A DNA stretch of 62,118 nt, the filler included. It is 8 parts of 8 records of this genome, joined end to end, with 100 filler letters (N's around TTAATTAATTAA, not from the genome) between each part and the next. Parts side by side here need not be neighbours in the genome. Positions count along the whole stretch, not along the records: positions 51,052 to 56,212 come from SRR31147125_66512; positions 56,313 to 62,118 come from SRR31147125_66539; 6 more parts are not named here. The stretch is one strand, 5' to 3'. The position numbers and the translations under genes were made by a program. How positions within the stretch are numbered: position 1 is the stretch's first letter; the number at the start of each line of letters is the position of its first letter. This document shows positions 51,052-62,118 of this stretch, piece by piece. The notes under the pieces are model-generated. The model saw only the letters and a list, made by a program, of their open reading frames with translations. It was not told the DNA's origin and ran no database searches.

Positions 51052-54000
51052 CCACCTCCACTTCCCGCATCAAGCCATAAGCGACCTTTGCTCCGTCACC
51101 CACTTCATTACTAACCTTCACATCACTGATAACAACATCAGAATTACCCTCAGTAATCAGCGAGTCAATCAACCCGCTACCGCCTTTCAATAGATCATGG
51201 GTAGCTTCATCTATCTCACTCGAACCACTGAGGTCACCACTGATATAGATATCATTGATAGTCAGTCCCGCACTTGTATCGAGGTACTCCTGCTTTCTCA
51301 GCCCATACATCCTGACATCTTTGATCAGCCCGCTGACATTTTCAGCAGTAGAAGAGTCAGCAAATGCTACCCTGACAGAGTCTATAGCCATCGATGACTT
51401 GAAGGTATCATATCCTCCGCCTCTGTTATCGACAGTAACCTCTTCAAAAAGCCCAGCTTCGATATCACTGCTCGCAGTCGCATTGATAGTACAGTTTTTG
51501 ACTGTCAATGTGGACAATTTAGTAACAGAGACACTCCGCCCCATCCCGGATTCCATACCTTTGAGCTCTATATCAATATTTGAAATAGTCGCTGTAGTTA
51601 ATGAGAGCGCCAGCGAATCAAACAAGCCTCTGCGCTGTGTTATAATCTGGCTGTTAGCCGCCATATCCTCCTTGACCACAACATTATCCACCACAACGTC
51701 AGAACCGGCTCCGCTTACACTCAGAGCTGCCCACCCTCCATACCGCACCTTGGAGTCAATAACCTCGCAGTCCTTGATAGTCAGGTCTGAATTTGCAAGA
51801 GAAAATTCTCCCGTATTGAATAACCCGCCACCTGTCTCTGCCCAGACATTCTCGACCCGGCAGTGATTCAATTCAACATTACCACCTCTGATAGCAGCAA
51901 TAAGTCCAGCACCTGCCGAGACACCACTTACCAGACAATCCTCAACAAGCAGCGTTCCTCCCTCCGAACTTTGATCAACAAACCCGACCAAACCACCACT
52001 GAAGCCAACAGTCTCAGAAGAAACAAATGCACTCCCTAATTCTGCAATAACGCTTACTCTGCTTATCCTTACATCACCAGAACCGATAAACCCAGCAACC
52101 GCCCCAGCAAAATTCCCAGACCCGACACTGATCTGAATATTGACAAGCTCAAGATTCTCAACCACAGCCCCGTCGCCAAGCCCGAAGAACAACCCGCCAT
52201 ACGACCTGCCCTCATACTCCAGCCCAGATATCCTGTGCCCATTACCTTTGAACTCACCTGTAAAGAGCCCGCCATATCCGGCATTACACGCCAACCCGAT
52301 AGGGGCACACTCTGTATATCCGGCAAGGTCGATATCACCCTTAAGCTCATACTTCTGACTCAGAAGTGAAAGGTCACCACTACGCATCAGCGCATACATC
52401 CTGTCACTGCTGTCTATATCGTAATACCCGTCCCCATCCCTGTCATAAATAAAGAGACTGCTCTGCTCACCAGTAGCATCAACATACTCGACCTTGAGCG
52501 AACTGATAAGTTCATTCTTGACAATAGTATTGTAATCTTCACTAGACACATATGAATACGCCCAACCTCATTGGTCTTATCCTCAGCATCACGGTAATAA
52601 TAATAGGTCTCCCCGTCGACCTCCAGAGTAAAGCCGTTGAAGATATTGATGTCAAGCCCGTCGACCTGTTCCGCCTCACCACTCTGCAGAATGTCCAGCC
52701 TCTCCTGATCATCAAGAACAATAGTATTGTCCACTATCACAGCACTCACATCAGCTGTATACCCGCTCCTGTCAATCGTCAGAGTATCACTGCTCTGCCC
52801 CGAAACCAGAATACTCTCAACCAGCCCCGCACCGAGCGCAGCAGTAAGATCAACCAGCTCATAGCCGTTATCCTTCGCAGAGTAGATAACACCCTCTCTG
52901 AGCGTAAACTCCCGCTGCAGACTTCCACCGTTCTTCACCTCAAGTGTCTCAGCCGTCACCCCAACACCACCAAAGGTAGTCGCACCCAGCCCGTCAGTCA
53001 CCTGAATAACAACCCGGTCAGCATCACCAAACCCTGCCTTATTCGCGTCATCCCTACTACCACCATAGACATTCACCCCACCAGCAGCACCATTGACATA
53101 GACCGTATCATCACCCTTACCAGCATAGATATTACTCATGTTACCTGTACTGTAGACAGTATAAACATCATCCGCACCAGTCAACTCAATATCAGTCACC
53201 TCAATATTGTCGAAGCTGATATCATTCATCCCGCTACGCCTAATGAAATCAGAATGCAGTTCACCACCACTCCCGCTACCACTATACTCGACACTCAACC
53301 TGTCACTTCCAGCACCACCTGCTATTGTCAGGTTATTATCCAGACTCTCAGCTCTGACAATAAATTTATCATTGCCATCATCACCATTGATTTCGGTATC
53401 AACAGCCAGACTCTCCACTGTAACAATATTATGCAGCCCCAGATCATCACTCTTCTTATTGAGATCGATCGAAAGCTCATCAATATTGGCAAAGATCAAC
53501 TCTGCAGGCGTACCAAAGAGCGTCTCCTCAGATTTAAGCTTCAACCCGTCAAGGAGCAGTTCCGCAGTCTGGTACTGATTGAGAATACTGTCTTCAGTAT
53601 TGACAACAACCTGATCAACATAGCCATCATCTGCCCCAGCATCGACATACCCCTGCCCGAAACCGAGGAAGAGCGCATCCAAACCTGCTCCACCATAAAC
53701 AAAGTACCCGGTGGAGTCCCGCATATTAATCTCATCTTCTCCACCTTCACCATAGATATAGACATTACTCCCCTGCCCCAGAGCAGACACATCTACCGTA
53801 TCGTCACCATCACCACCCCTGACAACAGAATCTTTAAGGTTGGTTATCTCAATATTATCATCACCACCCAGAGAATTGATAACAACCCTCTCACCTCTCA
53901 CCACCTTGATCGTATCAGCTTTATCGGTTGTATTTATAATTACATTACTTGCATCCTCAAGCTTGACCACACTACCGTCGCCCAATGCTCCAAGATTGAA

Positions 54001-56212
54001 TACCACATTATAGAGATCAAACCCGACATCTCCATCCCGGTCATACCCTTCAACTATACTATCACCACCGGTAGTTACCGTACCAGAGAACGCCTTGTCA
54101 TTAAACTCAATATTTGACAAATCTTCCTTGAGATCAATCGTAAACACTGCAATATCAGTACCGATAAATTTATCATGACCCGCTCCGCCGGTAACAGTGA
54201 AATTCTGGCTGTATAACACCGACACAGCATTCCAGTTCCTGTTAATGACCTTATCAACTATCTCAGTATCATATATAGGAACCGCATCGCCAGTCTCTAC
54301 CGTGAAGTTACTGGAATTCTTTACTGTAATAACATCCCCGCCACTACCACCGATAATCTTAAAACCATCACCTCTACCGACAACACCATCTACTGTTATC
54401 GTATTATCCCCAGCACCAGCATCAATCACACCCAGCGCCAGCATATCAGAGACCTTCGCCTCATCACTACTCTCAACCGTGATAGTATCATTACCTTCAA
54501 GACTATAAATATTGAAGATATCTTCAGTCGCATCACTCGTAGTAACTCCCATTATAAAGGTTTCGCTCGACGCATGAGGGTTGACCCAGAACGAGTCGAC
54601 ACTCACCTCTTCATCATCCTCACCCACAACCGTCTCGGTCTGTGCATAAGCCTTTATCTGATCATTACCCTCAGTACCGAAGATATTGAACTGCGCCCCA
54701 CCATCAGAGTACTTCTTCGCATTGAGCCCAAGCGAGAGATACTCCAGATCAGTATCTTTATAGTCATAGACATTGACAATATCTCCTCCACCATTGACTC
54801 CGAGTACCAGCTCTTCAATACCATCCATCTTGAGCACAGTCTGTGCCGGATACTTCTCAGTATCCCAGCTCTGCCTCATATCCACAACCAGCTTATCACT
54901 GCCTGTATCCTTTTTGACATCAACCGTATCCGCCTGCTGAATAGTCTTCGCACCCTCGCGACTGGTCGAACCGTTGATAACAAATTGATCATGATCCTTC
55001 TCCGAACTTCCAGAATCTTCGATCACATCCTCACCATCACCGTATTCCCAGCTATACTCATCACCACGATACTCACCAGTCACTCTCAACTCTGTAGTAT
55101 CGCCGTCACCGTCCCAGTCATCGCTGTCAACAACAGAGACATATCCTCCATCCCCGCCATCTACAGCATCAACACCAAGACCACCATCAATCCTGTCATA
55201 TCCGCTCTCTATAGCTGAAATCTGATCACCATCAACCGATCCAGGCTCTGATTGATCACGTACCAGATCGTTATCTATATCGTAAAGAGAAGCATCGCCG
55301 AAGATCCAGTCATTTCCGGCATTTCCATAGAGCTTGTCATTACCACCACCACCGTAAAGCAGATCATTACCGCTACCTCCGGCTATCTTATCGTCTCCCT
55401 CATCACCTTTAATACGCGCCACTCCGGTACCGGTGTAGCTAAGAATATCATTCCCTGCGCCACCACTCAACAACACATCAATCTCTGTCTCATGTCTCCC
55501 GTTACCCCTGACCTGAATCTTATCGTCACCGCTACCGCTGTCACCGACAATCTCCCTGACGTTATGGATAATCTGCGTCCCGCCATTGAAACTTATCTCA
55601 ATAGTCTCTCCATAACCGAGATCATCTTCACCATAAGTATCTTCAAGCAAAGTACCACTTGCAAAACCATCACCGTCAGCAATATTTGTATACCCAAGAG
55701 ATCTAATATAATACTTTTCATTGGTCAGCGTATCCCTCGCAGTACCATCCTGCGTAAGTTCGCCCTGCTCGTAGCTTTATCACCGACATACAATTCCACA
55801 ACCCCGTTGTCCTTATCCTGCCATCCGGCAAGAGTAGGCGGAACATACTCAGTATTGGCAATAATATCATAGTGTGAAGATGGTGAACTGAGTGCTATAT
55901 CAAAGAGAGTCACCTCAAAGAGAGTAAGCTCCCAGTTAAGCAGAGTTATCTCAGCAATAGCCAGATTGAGCCCCACCTCAACCGAGAGTGAAGCTGCAAA
56001 AGAGATCTCCATTGACAGAGTAAACATATTCTTAACACTGCGCATCTCTGCAAATTCATTGAGATGGATATGATGATCAACCTCCCAGTTGTTCGGGTCT
56101 TCGTCATACTTATAGAGCATCCCTTCACCTTCAACAGGATCACGCCACTGATATACAGGGAGTTTATCAGGCATATCATTGAGATCAATACCGAACTCAA
56201 AGGTCAAGCCGC
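51052..56212 (-). CDS. Internal fragment of a giant RTX/hemolysin-type Ca-binding surface protein with GLUG-like region; three ORFs probably joined by frameshifts near 55730 and 52550
   Basis: Many GGxGxDxL nonapeptides, very acidic; YELKGDIDL..PIG..FTGEFKGNGHRISGL; same strand and composition throughout. Confidence 0.78.
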
Positions 56213-56524
56213 NNNNNNNNNNNNNNNNNNNNNNNNNNNNNNNNNNNNNNNNNNNNTTAATTAATTAANNNNNNNNNNNNNNNNNNNNNNNNNNNNNNNN
56301 NNNNNNNNNNNNTTGCTTCAATGAATCCCGAAAGTTGAGTTAATCGTTATATTTTAAGAACCAAATCTGGAATTTTTTTCGCATTGATAGCAAACCTTCC
56401 GAAAAGAAATTTTTCGTGGTACGTATATGGAAACAATTAATTTATTAATGGGGATTTAAAGATGGTCTTGATCATTATTTAAATTCTGCTGGATAATCCT
56501 AACACAAATTTCCAATATGATTTA

Positions 56525-58701
56525 ATGATAATGAACCGAATACGAAGAATGCGGCAACGCTTGTCTACTCCAGGCTTTTCCACTGAAAAGGAAAATAGAA
56601 AAGCGAAAATTTTATTTCTGTTAATAAAAGCAAGTTTTATTGGCTTTGTCATAATCCTTGGCATCCGTGTCGTGGGCTTAGGATTTGAATCAAGACTTAT
56701 ATTCCCCCTCTTAATAAGCGTGGTCTTGCTTTCTTTCTCTTATATCCTTCTCATCTCAAAGCGGCTTGAGATGGCAATTAATACGCTTCTCAGTACATTT
56801 TTCGGGTTAACCTGCTATCTTGTGATTGTTAGTGATGATGGATATCATGACACGGCCCTTTTTGCTGCCCCGGGACTTCTCATTATTGCTGGTATCTTTT
56901 TGGGAAAAAGGCAGTTTTATATATTTACCGGCATTACATTAGTATTGATTGCAGTTCTTGTTGGATTGGAAAATTTTGGCATTCACAAAACAAAATTCAG
57001 TTCTTTCGCTTCTCCTTATGATGGAATGGATATTATTTTTATTATTGCAATCACCGCCGTTTCTGTTCGTATCCTTACCGAGAGTCTTATCAAATCCCTT
57101 CAACGGGCAAAGGAAAAAGAAAAGGCACTTCAAGAGAGTGAGGAAAAATATAAAAGCCTGGTTCAGTATGCTCCGGCAGGAATATATGAATTCGATATGG
57201 AAAAGTTGGAATTCATAAGCGTCAATGATGTCATGTGTGAATATACCGGATATACAAGAAGTGAATTCTTAAAGCTCAATCCCTTTGACATTTTAAGTGA
57301 TGAAAGTAAGAACACCTTAACACAGTTAATTGAAAAAGTTTTTTCGGACAAACCTAAAGAATTGGCAGCAGAATACAGGCTCAAAGGGAAAAATCAAAGG
57401 GAATTCTATGTGTTCTCCAATGCAAAGTTTTTTTATGAAAATGGTATCCCCATAAGAGCCATGGCCGTGGTTCATGATTTGACTGATATCCGGCGTTCGG
57501 AGGAGGAAAGACGAAGACTTGAAATTCAACTTTATCAAGCGCGAAAGATGGAGGCCATCGGAACTCTTGCAGGGGGCATTGCTCACGATTTCAATAATAT
57601 CCTATCTGGCATATTTGGGTATACTCAATTAGCCAAACATAATATTAATAATCCAGAAAAGGCTGACAAAAACATTGATCAAGTCATAAAGGGCTCAAAA
57701 AGGGCAGCTGAACTTGTCCAACAGATACTCACTGTCAGCCGACAAACTGAATATCAAAAAAAGGTGTTCCGAATATATATCGAGATTAATGAAGCATTAA
57801 AGTTATTACGCTCGAGTATCCCCAGTACAATCGGCATTAAAAAGAACCTCGAGTCAAGATCTATGATATCTGCTGACCCGGCTAAGATTCATCAGTTAAT
57901 TATGAACCTTTGCACAAATGCATATCACGCTATGAAAAAAACAGGGGGGACTCTGTCCGTTGCTCTGACTGATGTACAGCTCTACGAGCCTAAACAATTG
58001 AAGTACAAAAAAATAGTTCCGGGGAAATATATAAAATTGGAAGTGAGTGACACCGGACATGGTATGAATGAAAATGAACTCGAAAATGCATTTAACCTAT
58101 ATTATACAACAAAAGAAATCGGTGAAGGAACAGGTTTTGGACTTGCAATTGTTCAGGCCGTTGTAGAGGAACATCATGGTTATCTGGATGTAAAAAGCTC
58201 TCCTGGGAAAGGCACTAATTTTTATGTTTACTTCCCAATGGTTGAAAAAGACGTTGGGCAGAAAGAAAAAAATCTCTGGAATCAGGTCCTTTAAAAGGAA
58301 ATGAAAGAATTTTATTCATTGATGATGAAGAAGCAATCAGGGATATCGCTAAAGAGAATTTAGAAAAATATGGATATAAGGTGACTTTGCAAAATAATGG
58401 GATTGCAGCCTTAAACGAGTTTGAGAAGAATAGCAATCAATTTGATCTGGTCGTTACTGACATGACTATGCCGGGAATGATGGGGGATAAATTATTCACT
58501 GAGTTGAAGAAAATTAACTCCAACATTCCCATTATCCTATGTACAGGGTTTAGTGACACCATAACCGAAGAAAAAGCCGTATCCATAGGTGTCAATGGCT
58601 TTATGATGAAACCGATACAAATGGACCACCTTTGCCGGAAAATACGGCAGGTCATGGATGAAGAAACTCAAAATTTCTTAAGTGTAAAACAACCAAAGTA
58701 A
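56525..58701 (+). CDS. Membrane hybrid histidine kinase (TM-PAS-HisKA-HATPase-REC), receiver split off by a frameshift near 58265
   Basis: GTLAGGIAHDFNNIL, MNLCTNA, DTGHGM, GTGFGL; ERILFIDDE..DLVVTDMTMP..KP in the next frame. Confidence 0.9.
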
Positions 58702-58825
58702 GCTTTTTGCCTATTTCAGTTCAGATTTTCAGGCGCCATTTAATATACAAATAACTTGAGCCAACTTTGGTCTGGGCGATTGCCCCAATCCATGGTTTGG
58801 GGAGGACGTTGAGAACTAAAACAGG

Positions 58826-60229
58826 TTAACGGATTTTGTAATCCTCTTTCTTCAGTCCGTGTTTTTTCATCAGCTTATGGAGCTGCCGGGTGGTGATGCC
58901 GGCTGCAGCAGCTGTTATATTAATCTTGCCGCTGCATTTCTTTAACAATAAGTCCAGGTAGATCCGCTCGATCCTTTCCATTTCCTGTTTCCGGACCTGG
59001 GAAAGGGTAAGGGTCGGGTCAATGACGCCGGGCACTGCCTCTGACTGGTGAGTGAACAACTCCACTGGGAAATTTTCAGGTCTGAGTACGGAGGTTTTTT
59101 CAAGGATATAAGCCCGCTCCATGATATTTTCCAATTCCCGGATGTTGCCTGGCCAGGAATATGCCAGGAACGCCTCCAATACTTGCGGATGAACGTTTGA
59201 GACACCCTTGGAGTGAAACGTGTTGAGCTTGGCCAGGAAGATTTCGACCAGTTTGGGTATATCTTCTTTTCTTTCCTTTAAGGGCGGCAGGTCTATGGGA
59301 AAGACGTTCAGGCGGTAGTAAAGATCCGACCGGAAGAGTTTTTCATTGGAGAGTTGCTTTAGGTCTACATTTGCAGCAGCAATGATACGGGTATCCGCAT
59401 GGATCTCTTCTTCGCCGCCTACCCGGTGAAAGGTCCCGTCCTGGAGCACCTTGAGCAGCTTGATCTGTATTGACGGAGTAATGGTACTGATTTCATCCAG
59501 AAAAATAGTACCGTTCTTGGCGACTTCAAATTTTCCCAGCTTCCGCTTGATGGCACCGGTGAAGGCCCCTTTTTCGTGGCCGAACATTTCGCTTTCCACA
59601 AGGGTGTCGGGAATGGCCCCGCAGTGCACCTCTATAAACCGTTCGTTCTTACGAAGGGACAGCTTATGGATAAACCGTGCGGTAAACCCCTTTCCGGTTC
59701 CGGTCTCACCGGTGAGGAGCACTGTGCTCTTGGTGGAGGCCACGGCCTGGATTTTTTCAAAAACAGTTTTCATGGCCGGGCTCTTGGTGTGGAGCAGGTC
59801 AAATTCATCTTCCTGCCAAACCTGGTCCCTGAGATAATCCAGCTCGAATTCGGCCCGGGTCTGTTCCACTATGCTGTCGACCACCAGTTTAATTTCATCC
59901 GGCACCAGGGGATATGTGAGGTAGGAATCCGCGCCCTCGTTAACGATCTTCACCGCCTCCTGCAGTAGGGAAGGGTCGGCCATGACAATGATGCGGATGT
60001 TGGGATTGACCAGACTGAAGGTCTGGAATACCGCCTTGTAGCTGCTGCCGGCAGCTGCCTGCTGCAGTACTTCGATATCCACAAAGACAAACTCATACAG
60101 GGAACTGCGCAGTATCTGCAGGGCAACGGTAATCCTGTCGCTTGTGCCGATACCATAGGTGTTTTTCAGATTCTTTTTAACGACAGAAAGATGTCCGATC
60201 TGTTTCAGGATAAAGTGTAATTTTTTCAT
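58826..60229 (-). CDS. Sigma54-dependent activator with degenerate receiver domain
   Basis: GETGTGKG, ESEMFGHEKGAFTGA, FRSDLYYRLNV, WPGNIRELEN and C-terminal HTH. Confidence 0.93.
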   Translation of the reverse strand: MKKLHFILKQIGHLSVVKKNLKNTYGIGTSDRITVALQILRSSLYEFVFVDIEVLQQAAAGSSYKAVFQTFSLVNPNIRIIVMADPSLLQEAVKIVNEGADSYLTYPLVPDEIKLVVDSIVEQTRAEFELDYLRDQVWQEDEFDLLHTKSPAMKTVFEKIQAVASTKSTVLLTGETGTGKGFTARFIHKLSLRKNERFIEVHCGAIPDTLVESEMFGHEKGAFTGAIKRKLGKFEVAKNGTIFLDEISTITPSIQIKLLKVLQDGTFHRVGGEEEIHADTRIIAAANVDLKQLSNEKLFRSDLYYRLNVFPIDLPPLKERKEDIPKLVEIFLAKLNTFHSKGVSNVHPQVLEAFLAYSWPGNIRELENIMERAYILEKTSVLRPENFPVELFTHQSEAVPGVIDPTLTLSQVRKQEMERIERIYLDLLLKKCSGKINITAAAAGITTRQLHKLMKKHGLKKEDYKIR

Positions 60230-60294
60230 AGGAACTTTTAGTTCTTTTTTTCCGCCATCATACGGGAGGGTTAAAAAAAAGCAATCAAAAATAT

Positions 60295-60654
60295 TTAATT
60301 GGAAAGGGCTTCCATCAATTCTTCCCGCTCCTTGCATTCTATGCATTTCGTTGTAACGGGTCTGGCCTCAAGCCGTTTGATGGTAATGGGTTCGCCGCAC
60401 GCTTCACATGTCCCGTAAGTTCCGTTTTCAATCCGTTCAAGCGCCATCATCACCTTTTTAATCAGCCGGCTTTCCCGGGTCCGGATTCTCAATTGCATGG
60501 CCTGGTTTGAATGCCGATTGGCCCGGTCCAGGTATTCGATTTCCTGGAAGTCGCCTGATGATAATTCCGTCCTGCTGTCTGCTGCCTGGTTCATCAGCCG
60601 TTCAAGCTGTTCGTTTAAAATGGCTTTGAACTTATCGATCTGGCTCTGGTCCAT
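60295..60654 (-). CDS. dksA: DksA/TraR C4-type zinc-finger protein
   Basis: EYLDRA coiled-coil tip, RESRLIKKV..ALERI..GTYGTCEACG..RLEARP....CIEC; RBS AAGGAG. Confidence 0.85.
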   Translation of the reverse strand: MDQSQIDKFKAILNEQLERLMNQAADSRTELSSGDFQEIEYLDRANRHSNQAMQLRIRTRESRLIKKVMMALERIENGTYGTCEACGEPITIKRLEARPVTTKCIECKEREELMEALSN

Positions 60655-60704
60655 TGCTAACTCCTTTCCGAATCTGGTTTCCATTACATGCAAATTCCCT
60701 GAGC

Positions 60705-60720
60705 AGCAAATTCCATGCCT
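60705..60720 (-). promoter_or_regulatory. Sigma54 -24/-12 promoter upstream of the dksA-like gene
   Basis: Minus strand AGGCATGGAATTTGCT = GG-N10-GC, close to the TGGCACG-N4-TTGC consensus, about 50 nt before the ATG. Confidence 0.65.
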
Positions 60721-61052
60721 CGATCTTTTACATCCCGGCCTTTTAGAACAGACATTGGGGTTCCGTTTCGAATGGTACAAAAAATGCTAAACGCTTAAAA
60801 AGCTGCATGGCAGATGCGGCTTCCATAAACATAAACGAAAGGAAAACGTTATGGGAAAAAAAACGGACGGGAAGTCATAAAAAACCCGAAATTCAGGGAA
60901 AGGTATGATGAAGCCTACTCCGATAATGATCTGAAAGAGATGTTCTGCCGGAAGAAAAAGCTTGGAAAAAACAAAAAACGGAACAGAAACCATAAGAATA
61001 CCGGCTGGCCCGAGGCAGCCGGAAACGGTTTAGAAGAACAGGAGATCAACCA

Positions 61053-62077
61053 ATGAAGCTCATCAACCATAAGTGCATTATCCCCAGTGCGGCCTTCACC
61101 ATTACGCCGTCCCTGATTAAGTGCTACGGCGGCCGGGACAAGGCGCCAGAGGCGGGAGACCTGATTTACGGCCAGATACAATCCATTGGGCAGCATCACA
61201 CCCTGGAAAGCAAATCAGCCCGGATCCATACCCTCCAGGAAGGATCAAGGTCTGTATTTGTCCTGGGCAACCGGTATGCGCCGGATTATTACGAGTCCTT
61301 TATTCCCGATACCTTGGGACCCAGCATTGAGCTTGTTGCCCGCAGCGGCCTGGTTGGAGAGGTGAGAACCCAGAACAGCCTTGTCGCTGCCCCCACTGTG
61401 GTGGAGGTGCTGGGCTATGTTTGTGACGGGCAGGGCAAAGTGGTCAATACCCGGGACCATGTCAAACTGGTTCCCCAAAAAAGGAAAGAACCGGAAGGAA
61501 ACGGGCCAAATTGATCCTCTGCGTGGGTACGGCCATGAACAGCGGAAAAAGCCGTGCTGCCGCCTCCTGCTGCTATGCCCTGTCTTCGGCACAGAAAAAG
61601 GTCAGGGGCGCCAAAGTCACGGGAACTGCCAGCCTCAAGGATCTCTTGTTGATGGAGGACTGCGGGGCGGACCGGATTGCGGATTTCACTTATCTGGGCC
61701 ATCCCTCCACCTATATGCTGGATAAAGGTGATTTGCTGAACATTTTCAATACCATAGACCTGAAATACGGCAACAATCCGACCAATTACCTGGTGATGGA
61801 ACTGGCCGACGGTATTCTCCAGCGGGAAACCCGGATGCTGCTGGAATGCGATGAGGTGAGATCCCGGATACACAAGTTGATTTTTCCGGAAACGACGCTT
61901 TCGGCATTATCGGCGGCACGCAATTGCTCAGGGAAATATTCGACCTTGTGCCGGACGCCATTTCAGGGGTCTGCACAAGCTCCCCTTCACCTTCGGGAAT
62001 GCATGCAGTTCATTGACCTGCCCGTCTTGAAAAGCGCGGAAATCGACTACAAAGCCATTTACGACATTATCCGGTAA
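61053..62077 (+). CDS. DUF1611-like P-loop protein (frameshifts near 61500 and probably near 61890)
   Basis: VLGNRYAPD; VGTAMNSGKS P-loop; KVTGT..D; DF..G.PSTY; ELADGILQRET. Confidence 0.65.
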
Positions 62078-62118
62078 AAATAAAGCATGAAAACGGCTGG
62101 AGCCCGAACACGGCTCTT

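Noticed and set aside
52552-55872. Long plus-strand ORFs (521, 214 and 206 aa)
   Set aside because: Antisense shadows of the codon-biased RTX gene, with no motifs.
45119-56212. RTX protein as the substrate of the rSAM/kinase operon
   Set aside because: They are on different contigs separated by a linker; there is no evidence of linkage.
6701-56312. Recurrent TTAATTAATTAA palindrome
   Set aside because: Always centred in N-runs of identical length; an artificial all-frame-stop linker.

Overview
This window is not one locus. It holds eight unrelated metagenomic contigs joined by artificial 100-nt linkers (N44-TTAATTAATTAA-N44), so gene neighbourhoods only count within a contig. Many genes are split by probable homopolymer indel errors. 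Taxa below are inferred from gene content and composition. (1) 1-6700, low-GC Clostridia-like: sugar ABC transporter, PocR-AraC regulator, DUF5107/TPR protein. (2) 6801-12668, Desulfobacterales-like mobile region: IS1634 abutting a dead IS701, then a minus-strand module of RepB-type primase, DUF932, RadC/JAB, a small ORF and a tyrosine recombinase. (3) 12769-18852, FCB-group-like: two large secreted proteins with C-terminal sorting domains. (4) 18953-30306, deltaproteobacterial class III PHA cluster (phaR-phaE-phaC-GAF; two phasin-like genes and an SDR), a His-less Fic-like gene and a pstSCAB-pstS operon. (5) 30407-45018, Bacteroidota housekeeping genes (HYR protein, LytTR, tsaB, efp, O-antigen ligase, Wzz, tyrS, CvpA, GH3, dNK). 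(6) 45119-50951, an operon of B12-type radical SAM, radical SAM/SPASM, HprK-like kinase-nucleotidyltransferase fusion and formyltransferase. (7) 51052-56212, fragment of a giant RTX/GLUG-type surface protein. (8) 56313-62118, hybrid kinase, sigma54 activator, DksA paralogue and DUF1611-like protein. The best candidate for an undescribed system is the non-coding architecture of contig 2. It has two covarying copies of a pseudoknot/anti-Shine-Dalgarno leader before DUF932 and RadC, plus about 400 nt of structured sequence upstream of the recombinase. The modification operon of contig 6 is the second candidate. No rRNA, tRNA or CRISPR array was seen. All folds were derived by eye and need computational confirmation.
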